Positions 50,609 to 61,339 of a stretch of 64,000 bases of DNA are shown piece by piece (positions within the stretch are counted from its first letter, which is position 1; each line of letters starts with the position of its first letter). The position numbers were made by a program, and so were the translations under genes. The notes below the pieces were generated by a model that was not told where the DNA came from, searched no databases, and worked only from the letters and a program-made list of their open reading frames with translations. The DNA is taken from assembly GCA_030614255.1 (NCBI GenBank), contig JAUWKI010000003.1:15368-79367 (forward strand), written 5' to 3'. Origin of the DNA: Actinomycetes bacterium. Lineage in GTDB: Bacteria; Actinomycetota; Aquicultoria; UBA3085; Oleimmundimicrobiaceae.

Positions 50609-51580
50609 TTGAAAACTAAACAGATAAAAATTTTGGTCCCGGATGACCAATCGATGGTTGCTCTCTTAGGGCATCATGATGAGCTTCTTAAATTAATTGA
50701 ATCGGAGTTTAACGGCGAGATCTTGGTAAGAGGCAATGAGATTTCGATTTTCGGAGAGGAAGAAGAGGTAGACGTAACGGCGGGGATTTTTGAGGAGTTG
50801 TTGAGCATATTGGAAGCTGACATTCAGATCGACAAACAGGTTGTTGAACAAACGATAGATTTAGTTTCTAGTGAAACAAAAATTTCTCCCAAAGAGATTT
50901 TTACCGACAGAATACTCACTCATCGGGGTAGAGTTATCAAGCCCAAAACGGCTGGCCAAAAAAGATACATCGATGCCATAAGAAAAAACACCATAACCTT
51001 TGTAATTGGCCCTGCAGGAACGGGTAAAACTTATTTAGCTATGGCGATGGCTGTAAAAGCCCTGAAAGAACAGTCAGTTTCCCGGATTATCCTAACCCGA
51101 CCTGCCATCGAAGCGGGAGAAAAGTTAGGATATCTGCCAGGAACATTATACGAAAAGGTCGATCCTTATTTACGACCTCTTTTTGATGCTTTGTATGATA
51201 TGATGGACGCTGAGCAATTTCGAAAATTAATGGAACAGGGCACTATAGAGGTTGCGCCTCTCGCATACATGAGGGGAAGAACGCTTAATGATGCCTTTAT
51301 ACTTTTAGACGAGGCCCAAAATACTTCTCCCGAACAGATGAAGATGTTCTTAACACGGCTAGGTTTTGGCTCAAAAGTTGTTGTGACCGGAGACGTAACC
51401 CAAGTTGATCTACCTCAAGATGTTCATTCCGGGTTGGTTGTTATCGAGAAAATATTAAAGAAACTTGATGACATCACGTTTATTCACTTAACAGCCGAAG
51501 ACGTTGTTAGGCATAAACTTGTCCAAAAAATAGTTGAGGCTTACGGGGAATTTAAGGAAAAGAAAGCTAAAAAACAGTAA
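50609..51580 (+). CDS. phoH: PhoH family protein
   Basis: GPAGTGKTYLA, RPAIEAGEKLGYLPG, LAYMRGRTL, DEAQN. Confidence 0.96.
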   Translation: MKTKQIKILVPDDQSMVALLGHHDELLKLIESEFNGEILVRGNEISIFGEEEEVDVTAGIFEELLSILEADIQIDKQVVEQTIDLVSSETKISPKEIFTDRILTHRGRVIKPKTAGQKRYIDAIRKNTITFVIGPAGTGKTYLAMAMAVKALKEQSVSRIILTRPAIEAGEKLGYLPGTLYEKVDPYLRPLFDALYDMMDAEQFRKLMEQGTIEVAPLAYMRGRTLNDAFILLDEAQNTSPEQMKMFLTRLGFGSKVVVTGDVTQVDLPQDVHSGLVVIEKILKKLDDITFIHLTAEDVVRHKLVQKIVEAYGEFKEKKAKKQ

Positions 51581-51599
51581 ATTTTGGGGGAGAGTTAGA

Positions 51600-53768
51600 G
51601 TGGTAGCACGTGTTTTAAATGAGGTTAAAAAAGGATTCCTGAAAAATAAGTCTTTAAAAAATAAAAACTTTCAGAGAATTGTTTTGGGGTTCGCAGTTTT
51701 TATTATATTAACGGGTATTCTTGCTTTTGATTTTGTTCCTGAAATGGTCGATATCGAAGCGGGGAAACCAAGTTCTGAAACCATAAATGCTTCTAGAGCA
51801 ATAGAATTTATCGATGCTGAAAAAACGGAAGAACAAAAGGAAGCGGTTGCGGCAAGTGTTGAAGAGATATACAAGAGAGATGTTACCGCGGTTACCAGGG
51901 TTCAAGAAAAAGTTAGGAGCTTTTTTCAGCAGGTCGAAAACACTAGGGTCATTCAGCTTCCATCTGAAAATAACAAAGAGGACAAATCTGCCGGTGAAAA
52001 AGCTCTTTTAGAAGCACAATTGTCTGCTCTTAAAGAAAAAGCTGGCTATGCCATTTCCGAAAAGACCCTTCTTTCCTGTCTTACAATATCAGATGATGAA
52101 ATTCAAAATTTAGAGCAAAAAACTATTAGCATTGTTACTCAGGTTATGAGTGGGAATATCATGGAAGAATATCTTGCTGACAAAAAAAAGGAATTAGGCC
52201 GAATGGTTGCCACGTTAACCTTGCCAACTTCGCAAATTGAAGCGGTGACTGAAATTGGAGGAGCATTCATCGAGCCAAACTATTATTACGATGCTGAACA
52301 AACGCAAAAATTGAAGGACGAAGCCATAGCAGAGGTCAATCCTTATATGATTAAAAAAGTTGCAGGTGAAACCATAGTAAGAGAAGGCGAGATTGTTACG
52401 GATGAGCAAATTAAGATCTTAGCGGAGCTCGGATTGCTTAGAAAAGGGATAGAGGTCAATAAGATTATCGGCATGATTTTATTGATATTGGGCATAATAT
52501 TCTTTCTCGTAATTTATATTTACAGATTCCAGAAAGAGATTTATGATAATGTTCTTTTTCTACTTTTGTTGGGAATTCTTTTGGTGTCCGTTACTTTAAT
52601 TGCCAAGGCCATAACCCCATTTTTCCCCAGTTATTTAATTCCAATTGCTGCTGTTGCGATGCTTACCGGTATTCTCCTTAACTCTCGAATCGGGATTGTT
52701 ATGGTATTGGCATCAAGCATAGTAACTAGCCAGATTGTCGGGAACAATCTCCAATATTTAACCGTTTCAGTTTTAGGTGGGTTATTTGCAATCTATCTAG
52801 TTTCAAACATTACTCATCGAGGTGACCTTACTCGAGCGGGAATTTGGTTGAGCTTGGCACTAATGTATCTATGTTTCGCTGTTGGTTTAACTTTGGACGC
52901 TAATATTTTTGATGCTTTAAGAAGTATGGGGTGGGGGTTGGCTAGTGGAATATCTTCAGCCATTTTAACCATCGGGGCTTTACCGTTTTTGGAATCGGGT
53001 TTTCACATAACTACTGATATCAAAATATTGGAGTTAGCAAATTCATCACAACCATTGCTTCGTGAGCTCATGATAAATGCACCAGGGACATATAACCATA
53101 GTGTTATGGTGGGCAATTTAGCTGAAGCAGCGGCTGAGGAGATTGGGGCGAATCCACTTCTAGCTCGTGTCAGCAGCTATTACCATGATATTGGCAAATT
53201 AAAAAGACCCTTCTTCTTCGTTGAAAATCAAGTGGGTGGCGAGAATCCTCATGATAAAACCAATCCTAATTTGAGCTATTTAATTATTAATGCGCACGTT
53301 AAAGACGGGGTTGAGATGGCCAAGAAACACAGACTTCCTAAAGAGATTGTAGAGATTATAGAACAACACCACGGCACCGGTTTGGTAGCTTATTTTTATC
53401 ATCGAGCCAAAAAAGAAAGAGGCGAACACGAGGTGCTAGAATCCCAATTTCGCTATATGGGCGAAAAACCGACAACCAAAGAGGCTGCAATCATTATGCT
53501 TGCCGATTCTATTGAAGCTGCTGCCAGAACGATTTCCAAACTATCACCAATCAGATTGGAGCAACGTACCAAGAAAATCATTCAAGACAAACTAGACGAC
53601 GGCCAACTCGATAAAAGTAATTTGACACTTGGTGACCTTGGGAGAATTTCCAAAGCATTCACTCAGGCGCTTACCAGTATTTATCATTCGAGGATTGAAT
53701 ATCCTGACTTAAAAGTTATCTCCTCTTCGAAAGGCACACTTGCTCATGGAAATTTTAATAAACAATAA
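51600..53768 (+). CDS. 7TM-HD phosphohydrolase (PgpH-like c-di-AMP phosphodiesterase)
   Basis: Extracellular domain, 7 TM, APGTYNHS, YYHDIGK, HHGT, ADSIEAA. Confidence 0.9.
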   Translation: MVARVLNEVKKGFLKNKSLKNKNFQRIVLGFAVFIILTGILAFDFVPEMVDIEAGKPSSETINASRAIEFIDAEKTEEQKEAVAASVEEIYKRDVTAVTRVQEKVRSFFQQVENTRVIQLPSENNKEDKSAGEKALLEAQLSALKEKAGYAISEKTLLSCLTISDDEIQNLEQKTISIVTQVMSGNIMEEYLADKKKELGRMVATLTLPTSQIEAVTEIGGAFIEPNYYYDAEQTQKLKDEAIAEVNPYMIKKVAGETIVREGEIVTDEQIKILAELGLLRKGIEVNKIIGMILLILGIIFFLVIYIYRFQKEIYDNVLFLLLLGILLVSVTLIAKAITPFFPSYLIPIAAVAMLTGILLNSRIGIVMVLASSIVTSQIVGNNLQYLTVSVLGGLFAIYLVSNITHRGDLTRAGIWLSLALMYLCFAVGLTLDANIFDALRSMGWGLASGISSAILTIGALPFLESGFHITTDIKILELANSSQPLLRELMINAPGTYNHSVMVGNLAEAAAEEIGANPLLARVSSYYHDIGKLKRPFFFVENQVGGENPHDKTNPNLSYLIINAHVKDGVEMAKKHRLPKEIVEIIEQHHGTGLVAYFYHRAKKERGEHEVLESQFRYMGEKPTTKEAAIIMLADSIEAAARTISKLSPIRLEQRTKKIIQDKLDDGQLDKSNLTLGDLGRISKAFTQALTSIYHSRIEYPDLKVISSSKGTLAHGNFNKQ

Positions 53769-54204
53769 GCAAGACAGCATAGAGGTAGATTTATTATCTT
53801 TAAAAAAATTGGCTGAATTTATTTTAGTTTTTGAGAAGATAAGTTCCCTGACTGAGTTGAGTGTAGCTTTTTTGGATGAAGAAGAAATGGAGAGACTTAA
53901 TTCCCAATACAGAAAAATGGATGTGTCCACAGATGTTCTTTCCTTCCCCTTGTTTGATAAATTACCACATAATGAGACAGAGCATCCTTTAGTGCTCGGT
54001 GATGTTATAATTTGTCCTGTTGTTGCACGACGAAATGCTCAGAAAGTAGGTCATTCAATAGAAAGAGAACTAGAGTTGTTGCTTATTCACGGAGTGTTAC
54101 ATTTGCTCGGCTATGATCATGTTGACTCTGGGAGTGAAACGCTAATGAAGGCACGACAGAGAAAGATTTTAAACAAATTTGCGCGAAGTGAGTTCGGTGC
54201 TTAA
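53746..54204 (+). CDS. ybeY: rRNA maturation RNase YbeY
   Basis: TDVLSFP, HGVLHLLGYDH. Confidence 0.96.
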   Translation: MEILINNKQDSIEVDLLSLKKLAEFILVFEKISSLTELSVAFLDEEEMERLNSQYRKMDVSTDVLSFPLFDKLPHNETEHPLVLGDVIICPVVARRNAQKVGHSIERELELLLIHGVLHLLGYDHVDSGSETLMKARQRKILNKFARSEFGA

Positions 54205-54905
54205 TGAAAGAACGCTCTTTAGTAAAAAGTTTCAATAATGCCATTGAGGGCATCATCTATGTTTTAAAAACACAGCGTAACATAAGAATACATTTTTTGG
54301 CCGCTGTAATTGCTTTGGCCGTGAGTCTTATTCTGGGCGTTAATCGCGTGGAATTTATGTTGCTTCTTTTTGCCATATCTTTGGTGATTACCGCTGAGCT
54401 CTTAAACACTGCGATAGAATATGGTATCGATGTTATAATCACTACTTTCGACCCGTTAGCAAAGATTGCTAAAGATGTTGCTGCTGCCGCAGTTTTAATT
54501 GCCAGTATAAATGCTTTATTGATTGGGTATTTTATATTTTTTTCGCACTTAAGCAACTTTACGTTATTTTTTTTTAAAAGGGTAAGAGAAACACCGATTC
54601 ATTTGACAATTACGACGCTTCTTTTAGTTAGCATTTTGGTAATTGGACTCAAAGCATTGGCGGGTCACAAAGACTTTCTTAAAGGAGGATGGCCCAGTGG
54701 CCACAGCGCCCTGGCGTTTAGTGCTTTTGCGGCGATTGCTTTTATCGGAAATAATGCTGTATTGACAACTTTGGCATTTTTTATGGCACTCGTAGTGTCT
54801 CATGGTCGCATTCAGTCCGGAGTACATTCTTGGCCTCAGGTTTTAGCAGGGTCTGTTTTGGGATTTTTGGTTACAACACTATTATTTCAATTATTTTATT
54901 TTTAA
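54204..54905 (+). CDS. dgkA: Diacylglycerol kinase fused to PAP2 phosphatase domain
   Basis: AELLNTAIE, AKIAKDVAAAAV, PSGHSALAF, H motif. Confidence 0.9.
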   Translation: MKERSLVKSFNNAIEGIIYVLKTQRNIRIHFLAAVIALAVSLILGVNRVEFMLLLFAISLVITAELLNTAIEYGIDVIITTFDPLAKIAKDVAAAAVLIASINALLIGYFIFFSHLSNFTLFFFKRVRETPIHLTITTLLLVSILVIGLKALAGHKDFLKGGWPSGHSALAFSAFAAIAFIGNNAVLTTLAFFMALVVSHGRIQSGVHSWPQVLAGSVLGFLVTTLLFQLFYF

Positions 54906-54921
54906 ACGGAGGGGTATTTAA

Positions 54922-56220
54922 TTGAAATCGAATATTCTTGTTCAATTAGTCGGGTTTTTAATGCTACTTTCTTTATCTGCATTTACTTCTATGGCGGAGG
55001 TCGCACTTATCTCGGTAAATCGGATAAGAATAAGGCACCTTGCTAAAGAAGGAGCTAGCAGAGCAGCAACTTTAGAAAAATTACTGGATGAACCCAGTAG
55101 GTTTTTAGCAACAGTCCTTCTTCTTAATAACATCGTAAATATTGGAGCAGCCTCGCTGGCTACAATACTGGTTTCACAATATATCTCCTCTTACGTTGTC
55201 ATTGTTTCAACCGGCATAGTTACTTTTTTGGTTCTTGTCTATGGGGAGATAACGCCAAAAACCTATGCAATCCAAAATGCTGAGAGGGTCTCACTATCGT
55301 TGGCGAAAACCGTATTAGTCTTATCGAAGATTTTATATCCTGTAGTTCATATACTTATAATCATTGCTAACTTTTTCATCAGAATTTTTGGCGGGAAACC
55401 TTTAAAAGAAGGACTCTTTGTTACCGAAGAGGAGATAAAAACCTTAATTGCGGCTGGTGAGGAAGCAGGTGTAATCGAAGAAGAAGAGAAGGAGATGATT
55501 CACAGCATCTTTGAATTTGGAGACACTATGGTTAAAGAGATTATGGTTCCGAGAATAGATATGGTAGCCATAAAAGATACTGCTACGATTAAAGAATTGC
55601 TTGAGTTAATCGTTAAAAAAGGACATTCCAGGATCCCTGTTTATGAAGGAACTGTCGATAACGTTGTAGGAATCACTTACGCGAAAGATTTGCTCGCGGC
55701 TCCTAGTAGAGATAGACTTTCTGTTTCTTTTGAAGATTTAATACGACCTGCTTATTATGTGCCCGAAACCATGAAATTGGATGATTTATTGAGGGAACTA
55801 AGAAATAGGAAGACTCATATGGCTATAGTTGTCGATGAGTATGGGGGCACAGCGGGTCTTGTTACCATAGAGGATGTATTGGAGGAGATAGTTGGTGAGA
55901 TATTTGACGAATATGATTTAGTAACAAAGATGGCCGAGCGTATCGATGATGATAATATAAGAGTAGATGCGCGAATGAATCTAGATGAAGTAAGTGAAGT
56001 TTTGGGGATAAAACTTCCCGACGTAGAGTATGAGACAATAGGAGGTTTTGTTTACGATTTGATTGGCAAAATTCCCGTTACAGGTGAAAAAGTCGATTTT
56101 ACAATTGCTTCAAAATGGAGGTTGACATTTACCGTCGAAAAAATCGTCAAAAGACGCATATCAAAAATTTTGATAACCAGGAGTGAATTGGCAAAAGGAA
56201 ATGATAGCGAGGAATCGTGA
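54922..56220 (+). CDS. Hemolysin/CNNM family transporter (DUF21-CBS-CorC)
   Basis: GEITPKT, IMVPR, HSRIPVY, VVDEYGGTAGLVTIED. Confidence 0.93.
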   Translation: MKSNILVQLVGFLMLLSLSAFTSMAEVALISVNRIRIRHLAKEGASRAATLEKLLDEPSRFLATVLLLNNIVNIGAASLATILVSQYISSYVVIVSTGIVTFLVLVYGEITPKTYAIQNAERVSLSLAKTVLVLSKILYPVVHILIIIANFFIRIFGGKPLKEGLFVTEEEIKTLIAAGEEAGVIEEEEKEMIHSIFEFGDTMVKEIMVPRIDMVAIKDTATIKELLELIVKKGHSRIPVYEGTVDNVVGITYAKDLLAAPSRDRLSVSFEDLIRPAYYVPETMKLDDLLRELRNRKTHMAIVVDEYGGTAGLVTIEDVLEEIVGEIFDEYDLVTKMAERIDDDNIRVDARMNLDEVSEVLGIKLPDVEYETIGGFVYDLIGKIPVTGEKVDFTIASKWRLTFTVEKIVKRRISKILITRSELAKGNDSEES

Positions 56221-56621
56221 AGCTAAAAGACTTGATTGACTTGGCCTTCAAGGCGAAAAAAAATGCATACGCTCCGTATTCAGGTTTTAGCGTTGGGGCA
56301 GTTTTGTTAGGTGAAAACAGTCGCACATTTACCGGTTGTAACGTAGAAAATTCTTCTTATGGATTATCTATGTGTGCAGAAAGAATCGCTTTGTTTAAAG
56401 CGGTTTCAGAGGGATGTAGGGACTTTGAGCTTTTGATCCTGGTCTCTGATTCTGATGAGTTTTGTTTACCATGCGGAGCGTGTAGACAAGTTTTGTGGGA
56501 GTTTAGTAACGATTTAAGAATTGTAATGTCAAACAAGAAGAAAGAGGTTAAAGAGACCTGGGTGGAAGAGCTTTTGCCTGAGGCATTTTCCCTTAACAAG
56601 AAAGCCAAAGGAGGACAATAG
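56217..56621 (+). CDS. cdd: Cytidine deaminase
   Basis: AYAPYS, NVENSS, CAER, PCGACRQ. Confidence 0.96.
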   Translation: MKLKDLIDLAFKAKKNAYAPYSGFSVGAVLLGENSRTFTGCNVENSSYGLSMCAERIALFKAVSEGCRDFELLILVSDSDEFCLPCGACRQVLWEFSNDLRIVMSNKKKEVKETWVEELLPEAFSLNKKAKGGQ

Positions 56622-56626
56622 CGCTT

Positions 56627-57094
56627 TTGGAAGTAAGAATTATTAGGGAGGTTAATTCTGGTTTAATTAAGGAGCTCACCTTCTTAGAAGAGGATATTTT
56701 TCAGCGGGGAGGGTTGAACGAATGGACTCTCCCTGTCTTCATTAGATACGGCAGGGTTTATGTCTTGGAGGAAAAAGGAGAAATCGAAGGCGTAGCGGAA
56801 TTTATTAGAGACTGGAATGATACAAAACGTGTTTTTTTGGTGGGTTTTTATATTCGGCAAGACAGGAGAAGAAAGGGCTTGGGCAAGTTTTTTTTAAAGA
56901 AAATCATCGAACTTTTAAAGAAAGAAGATGTAAGAGATATAAGAGCAACTGTTTCATCTGCTAATGAAGTAGCATTAATGTTGTATGAGAAATCAGGTTT
57001 TGTAAAAGCGGGTTATTTAATGAATGAGTATGGCCCAGGTGAGGATAGACTGCTTATGAAGTTAAACTTAGAGGGGGCTAGGTTTGATGAATGA
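56627..57094 (+). CDS. GNAT family acetyltransferase
   Basis: RRKGLG motif A, ANEVALMLYEKSGF. Confidence 0.88.
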   Translation: MEVRIIREVNSGLIKELTFLEEDIFQRGGLNEWTLPVFIRYGRVYVLEEKGEIEGVAEFIRDWNDTKRVFLVGFYIRQDRRRKGLGKFFLKKIIELLKKEDVRDIRATVSSANEVALMLYEKSGFVKAGYLMNEYGPGEDRLLMKLNLEGARFDE

Positions 57095-57977
57095 TGATTT
57101 CAAAAGTGGATTCGTGGCTATAGTGGGGAGGCCAAATGTGGGTAAATCCACCTTGGTTAACGCTCTTATCAAGCAAAAGGTTGTCATAACATCCGATAAA
57201 CCTCAAACTACTCGTCACAAGGTTAGGTGCATTTTAAACCAGCCGGATGCGCAAATTATCTTTATGGATACACCGGGATTACACAAACCGCACGATTTAC
57301 TGGGAGAGTGTCTTAATAAAAAAGTTAGAAGTGCCTTAAATGAGGTAGATGCCATCTGCTTCCTGGTTGATGCTTTCAAACTTATCGGTAAAGGAGATGC
57401 TTTTATAGCTAAGGAGTTAAGTAGGCTTGATACTCCGGTTATTCTGGTCTTAAATAAGATAGACAAAGTTAACCAGACTGATTTAAGTGTTCAAGAGGAG
57501 ATAGGACGCGATCTGGGGCAATTTGAAAAGCTTATCTCCATTTCGGCCCTGAGTGGTGATAATTTGGGTGTTTTGATTGATGAAATCGTTAAGTTATTAC
57601 CAAGGGGCCCAAAGTATTATCCTGATAATATTATTACGGATCAGCCTGAAAAGGTTATCATCGCCGAACTTGTTAGGGAGAAAGTTTTAGAGCTAACAAA
57701 AGAAGAAGTGCCACATAGCGTTGTGGTGAGAGTCGAAAGTATTTCCAGGAGAACAAATAAGGATATAGTTGATGTAGAGGCTTATGTTTTTGTAGAGAGG
57801 AACTCTCAAAAAGGAATAATTATAGGCAAGGGTGGTAAGATGCTCAAGGAAGTTGGACAAAAAGCTCGCGTGGATATAGAAAGTCTCTTAGGCAGCCAAG
57901 TCTTTTTGAGTCTCAGGGTTAAGGTTATAAAGAAATGGCGAACCAATAAAGATATAATTCGTGATATGGGTTATTAA
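57084..57977 (+). CDS. era: GTPase Era
   Basis: GRPNVGKST, QTTR, DTPG, NKID, KH domain GIIIGKGG. Confidence 0.97.
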   Translation: MMNDDFKSGFVAIVGRPNVGKSTLVNALIKQKVVITSDKPQTTRHKVRCILNQPDAQIIFMDTPGLHKPHDLLGECLNKKVRSALNEVDAICFLVDAFKLIGKGDAFIAKELSRLDTPVILVLNKIDKVNQTDLSVQEEIGRDLGQFEKLISISALSGDNLGVLIDEIVKLLPRGPKYYPDNIITDQPEKVIIAELVREKVLELTKEEVPHSVVVRVESISRRTNKDIVDVEAYVFVERNSQKGIIIGKGGKMLKEVGQKARVDIESLLGSQVFLSLRVKVIKKWRTNKDIIRDMGY

Positions 57978-58000
57978 TAAAAATATAAGGTAGGGGGCAA

Positions 58001-59371
58001 TTGGAAGAGAGAAACGAAGTTATCTTAAAAACCATAAATAGATTGCTCGTTGAGGATAAGCTTCCTAAGATTACAACCATTCTTGGGAAGCTCTACCCAG
58101 CTGATGCTGCAGAGATTGTCGCACACCTTAGCGAAGAAGACCAAAAGAAAATATTTGAAGTTTGGGCTCCGGACCAGTCGGCAAACACATTGCTTGAGAT
58201 GGAAGAAGATGATCAAGTCGATATTGCCGAAAGTCTAAGTATTTCAGCTATCTCCGAAATCTTAAATGAGATGCCTTCTGATGATGGTGCCGACTTAATT
58301 GCGGACTTATCAGAAGAGACTGCCGAGAAAGTCCTTGCGGCAATGGAGCCAGAAGTAGCGGCCGGGGTTAGAAATCTTTTAAAGCATGGCGAAGAAACAG
58401 CCGGCGGGTTGATGAACCCCGAAATTGTAACCCTGAGAAAGGACATGACGGCCGAAGAGGCAATAGATGAGTTAAGACGGAAAGCTCCAGGCGATGAAAA
58501 CATATATTATATTTTTGTTATTAACAACGACAATCAACTGGTCGGCGTGGTCTCCCTCAGAGAGTTGATTATAACTTCTCCCCAGACTCTCATAAAAGAA
58601 ATTATGAATCCGGATGTTATTCATGTTGGGGTGGAGACGGACCAGGAAGAAGCTGCGAAGATTTTCACAAAATATGATCTTTTAGCACTGCCTGTAGTTG
58701 ATCAAGAACAAAAACTTTTGGGTATTGTTACTGTCGATGACGTCTTGGATGTTGTCGAAGAAGAAGCTACAGAGGATATGTATAAGTTATCCGGTACGAT
58801 GGACATTGAGGAAAGCGATGTTATGAAAGGCCCATTTGTTCGGGTTGTAAGAGCACGACTTCCTTGGTTAGTGGTTGCATTAGTCGGTGAAGTTCTGGTG
58901 GTAGGAGCCATTGCTGAGTATTATCAACATTTACTGATATTATTACCTGCTTTGGTTATTTACTGGGCATGTATGACTTCGGTTGGCGGAAATTGCTCGT
59001 TTCAGACATCGACTGTAGCCGTTCGTGACTTGGCAATTGGACACATTGATTCGAAAACTATATTTTTACGCGTATTAAAAGAGATGAGACTGGCTTTGAT
59101 AATGGGATTGATTACGGGCGCGGCGCTTTTTTTGATTGCGTCAATTTGGCAAAGATATTTACCCTTAGCAATTATTGTTGCAATTGCAAATGTTTTGATA
59201 ATATTATCAGGTGCATTTACGGGTACCGTGGTCCCCCTTGTTTTTAATGCAGTAGGCATAGACCCTGCGGTCTCTTCCAGCCCCTTTTTGGCGCTTATCA
59301 TGGATGCAGTCAGTCTTTTTATATATTTTTACATCGCTGCTCAAGTTTTAGGGAGATATTCTTGTTTGTAG
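58001..59371 (+). CDS. mgtE: Magnesium transporter MgtE
   Basis: MgtE N-domain, CBS pair, RLPWL, GGN, IDPAVSSSPF. Confidence 0.95.
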   Translation: MEERNEVILKTINRLLVEDKLPKITTILGKLYPADAAEIVAHLSEEDQKKIFEVWAPDQSANTLLEMEEDDQVDIAESLSISAISEILNEMPSDDGADLIADLSEETAEKVLAAMEPEVAAGVRNLLKHGEETAGGLMNPEIVTLRKDMTAEEAIDELRRKAPGDENIYYIFVINNDNQLVGVVSLRELIITSPQTLIKEIMNPDVIHVGVETDQEEAAKIFTKYDLLALPVVDQEQKLLGIVTVDDVLDVVEEEATEDMYKLSGTMDIEESDVMKGPFVRVVRARLPWLVVALVGEVLVVGAIAEYYQHLLILLPALVIYWACMTSVGGNCSFQTSTVAVRDLAIGHIDSKTIFLRVLKEMRLALIMGLITGAALFLIASIWQRYLPLAIIVAIANVLIILSGAFTGTVVPLVFNAVGIDPAVSSSPFLALIMDAVSLFIYFYIAAQVLGRYSCL

Positions 59372-59380
59372 GGAGAAGGA

Positions 59381-60091
59381 ATGACATCAGAAAAACTTGC
59401 CAAGCATATAGATCACACTATTTTAAAAACTCAGGCAACCTCGGAGGATATTCTTTTAGTTTGTAATGAAGCGAAAAAATATAGTTTTGCCACAGTTTTT
59501 GTAAATTCTTATTTTGTTCCTTTTGTAGACCGCGAACTGAGAGAAACGAATATAGGTGTCGGAACAGTCGTCGGTTTTCCCCTGGGAGCAAGTTCTTCAG
59601 CGGTTAAGTGTTTTGAAACCGAAAGCGGAATATTAAACGGGGCGAACGAAATAGATATGGTTATAAATTTAGGTGCTCTTAAAGACGGAAATTCAAAAGA
59701 GGTTTATCTCGATATTGTTGCCGTTGTTGAATCAGCACGCTTAGCTGGATTAAAAGTTGGTTTAAAAAAAGTGATTGTAAAAGTAATTATCGAGACCTGT
59801 TATTTAACCGATAATGAAAAAAGAGAAGCGGCAAAGATAGTAATGGAAGCCGGCGCCGATTTTGTTAAAACTTCCACTGGTTTTGGTCCCGAAGGAGCCA
59901 AGGTTGAGGACGTGGCTCTCATAAAAGAAGTTGTTGGCAACAAGCTTGGAATCAAAGCATCCGGTGGCATAAAAACGTGCGAGCAGGTTTTATCGATGAT
60001 AGAAGCGGGAGCAACGCGTATCGGCACAAGCTCTAGTGTTGAGATAATGGAAAATTTTTTAAAGAGGGCAAAAGGTGAAGTCAGGAGCTAA
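59381..60091 (+). CDS. deoC: Deoxyribose-phosphate aldolase
   Basis: IDHTILK, GFPLG, EIDMVIN, KTSTGF, KASGGI. Confidence 0.96.
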   Translation: MTSEKLAKHIDHTILKTQATSEDILLVCNEAKKYSFATVFVNSYFVPFVDRELRETNIGVGTVVGFPLGASSSAVKCFETESGILNGANEIDMVINLGALKDGNSKEVYLDIVAVVESARLAGLKVGLKKVIVKVIIETCYLTDNEKREAAKIVMEAGADFVKTSTGFGPEGAKVEDVALIKEVVGNKLGIKASGGIKTCEQVLSMIEAGATRIGTSSSVEIMENFLKRAKGEVRS

Positions 60092-60127
60092 AAGTTAGAA
60101 GAGACAGTTCTAAGCCGTTGTTACCAT

Positions 60128-60287
60128 GCCTATCGTACCTGTCGGCCTGCCGGCAGGCAGGCAAGTCTCGATGTTTCATCGGGGCGAAGCAATCTCTAAA
60201 ACCGGAAGCTGGTAGTTAGTTGATAGGGGTAAGGTTGAAACTAAAAATCAAACTCTCCACTCTTGACTAACAGACTACCGACTGGTA
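60128..60287. repeat. Degenerate repeat patch (GCCTGCCGGCAGGC, GCGAAGCAATCT, GACTAACAGACTACCGACT)
   Basis: Same modules as in the other intergenic patches. Confidence 0.7.
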
Positions 60288-60324
60288 AAAACTGTGCCCG
60301 ATGACAAGCAGGAGTGGTGTTTTA

Positions 60325-61119
60325 GTGCCTTCACATGAAGTTAAAGGTTCTTTATATAAAACTAGAGGCATAGTTTTAAAATCCATAAAACTTGGTGAGG
60401 CCGATAAGATTATAATTTTTTTTACCAATTTTCATGGAAAAGTAAGTGCTGTCGCGAAGGGATTGCGAAGAACTAAAAGTAAATTCGGAGGAAGGCTCGA
60501 ACCATTTACGTATGTTGACCTCTTACTTTATAAGGGTAGAAACTTAGATACAATTACTCAAGCTGAAATTATTACTTCTTTTTCGGAAATCAGGGAAGAT
60601 TTAAATAAGATAGCTTATGGGTTACCCATGCTTGATTTGATGAACAAAGTATCTATTGAACGTGAGAAAGACAAAAGAGTTTTTGAGTTTCTTTTATCCA
60701 GCTTAAAAACCTTGTCTAAGATAACTATAAACACAGACCTTCTTTTAGTGGCATTTGACCTAAAACTTCTTTCCCTGTCTGGTTTTTTACCCATTCTTAA
60801 CAGATGTGTTGTCTGTAGCAAAACTATGAACCATTTTAAGGAGACCTTTTTTAGTTGTGAGAAGGGTGGGCTTATCTGTAAAGAATGCGGTTATTTTGGT
60901 TATCGGGGGGGCGAAGTTGGGCCGGATATAGTTTTTATAAGTTCTCAAGCAGCCAGTCTACTCTCAACTTTGCTGAGAGCCAGCGCCGGTGATTTAGATA
61001 AAATTGAAGTTTCAGAGAAGCCAAGGAAGGAAGTTTTAACGGTTGTTCGAAAATACGTTGATTTTCATATACAAGCCCAGCTTAAAAGCAGAGAATGTAT
61101 AAACAAATTAAAAGGTTGA
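60325..61119 (+). CDS. recO: DNA repair protein RecO
   Basis: GIVLKSIKLGEADKII, AKGLRRTKSKFGGRLEPF, CVVC..CKEC. Confidence 0.95.
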   Translation: MPSHEVKGSLYKTRGIVLKSIKLGEADKIIIFFTNFHGKVSAVAKGLRRTKSKFGGRLEPFTYVDLLLYKGRNLDTITQAEIITSFSEIREDLNKIAYGLPMLDLMNKVSIEREKDKRVFEFLLSSLKTLSKITINTDLLLVAFDLKLLSLSGFLPILNRCVVCSKTMNHFKETFFSCEKGGLICKECGYFGYRGGEVGPDIVFISSQAASLLSTLLRASAGDLDKIEVSEKPRKEVLTVVRKYVDFHIQAQLKSRECINKLKG

Positions 61120-61339
61120 TGATTTTGACATTGATTGTTATTTTGCTTATTATTTAATCCGTGCAAACAAAGCTGTTTAGTCGGTAATTATTTTAAAAGA
61201 ATAGGTTGTAAGCAGCACTTATTTTAAAAAATAATATTAGAGACAGGTTGGAGTGAGAGTGCAAAAAGAAGTCCTCTTGTCCAGGGGGTATTAATATACT
61301 TTCGGGGAAGAGGTTTTGTTGTAAACACAGGGGATGTGA

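Noticed and set aside
60328-60351. Possible in-frame hairpin insertion at the recO N-terminus (PSHEVKGS)
   Set aside because: Weak palindrome with no matching copy in the window, and N-termini vary naturally
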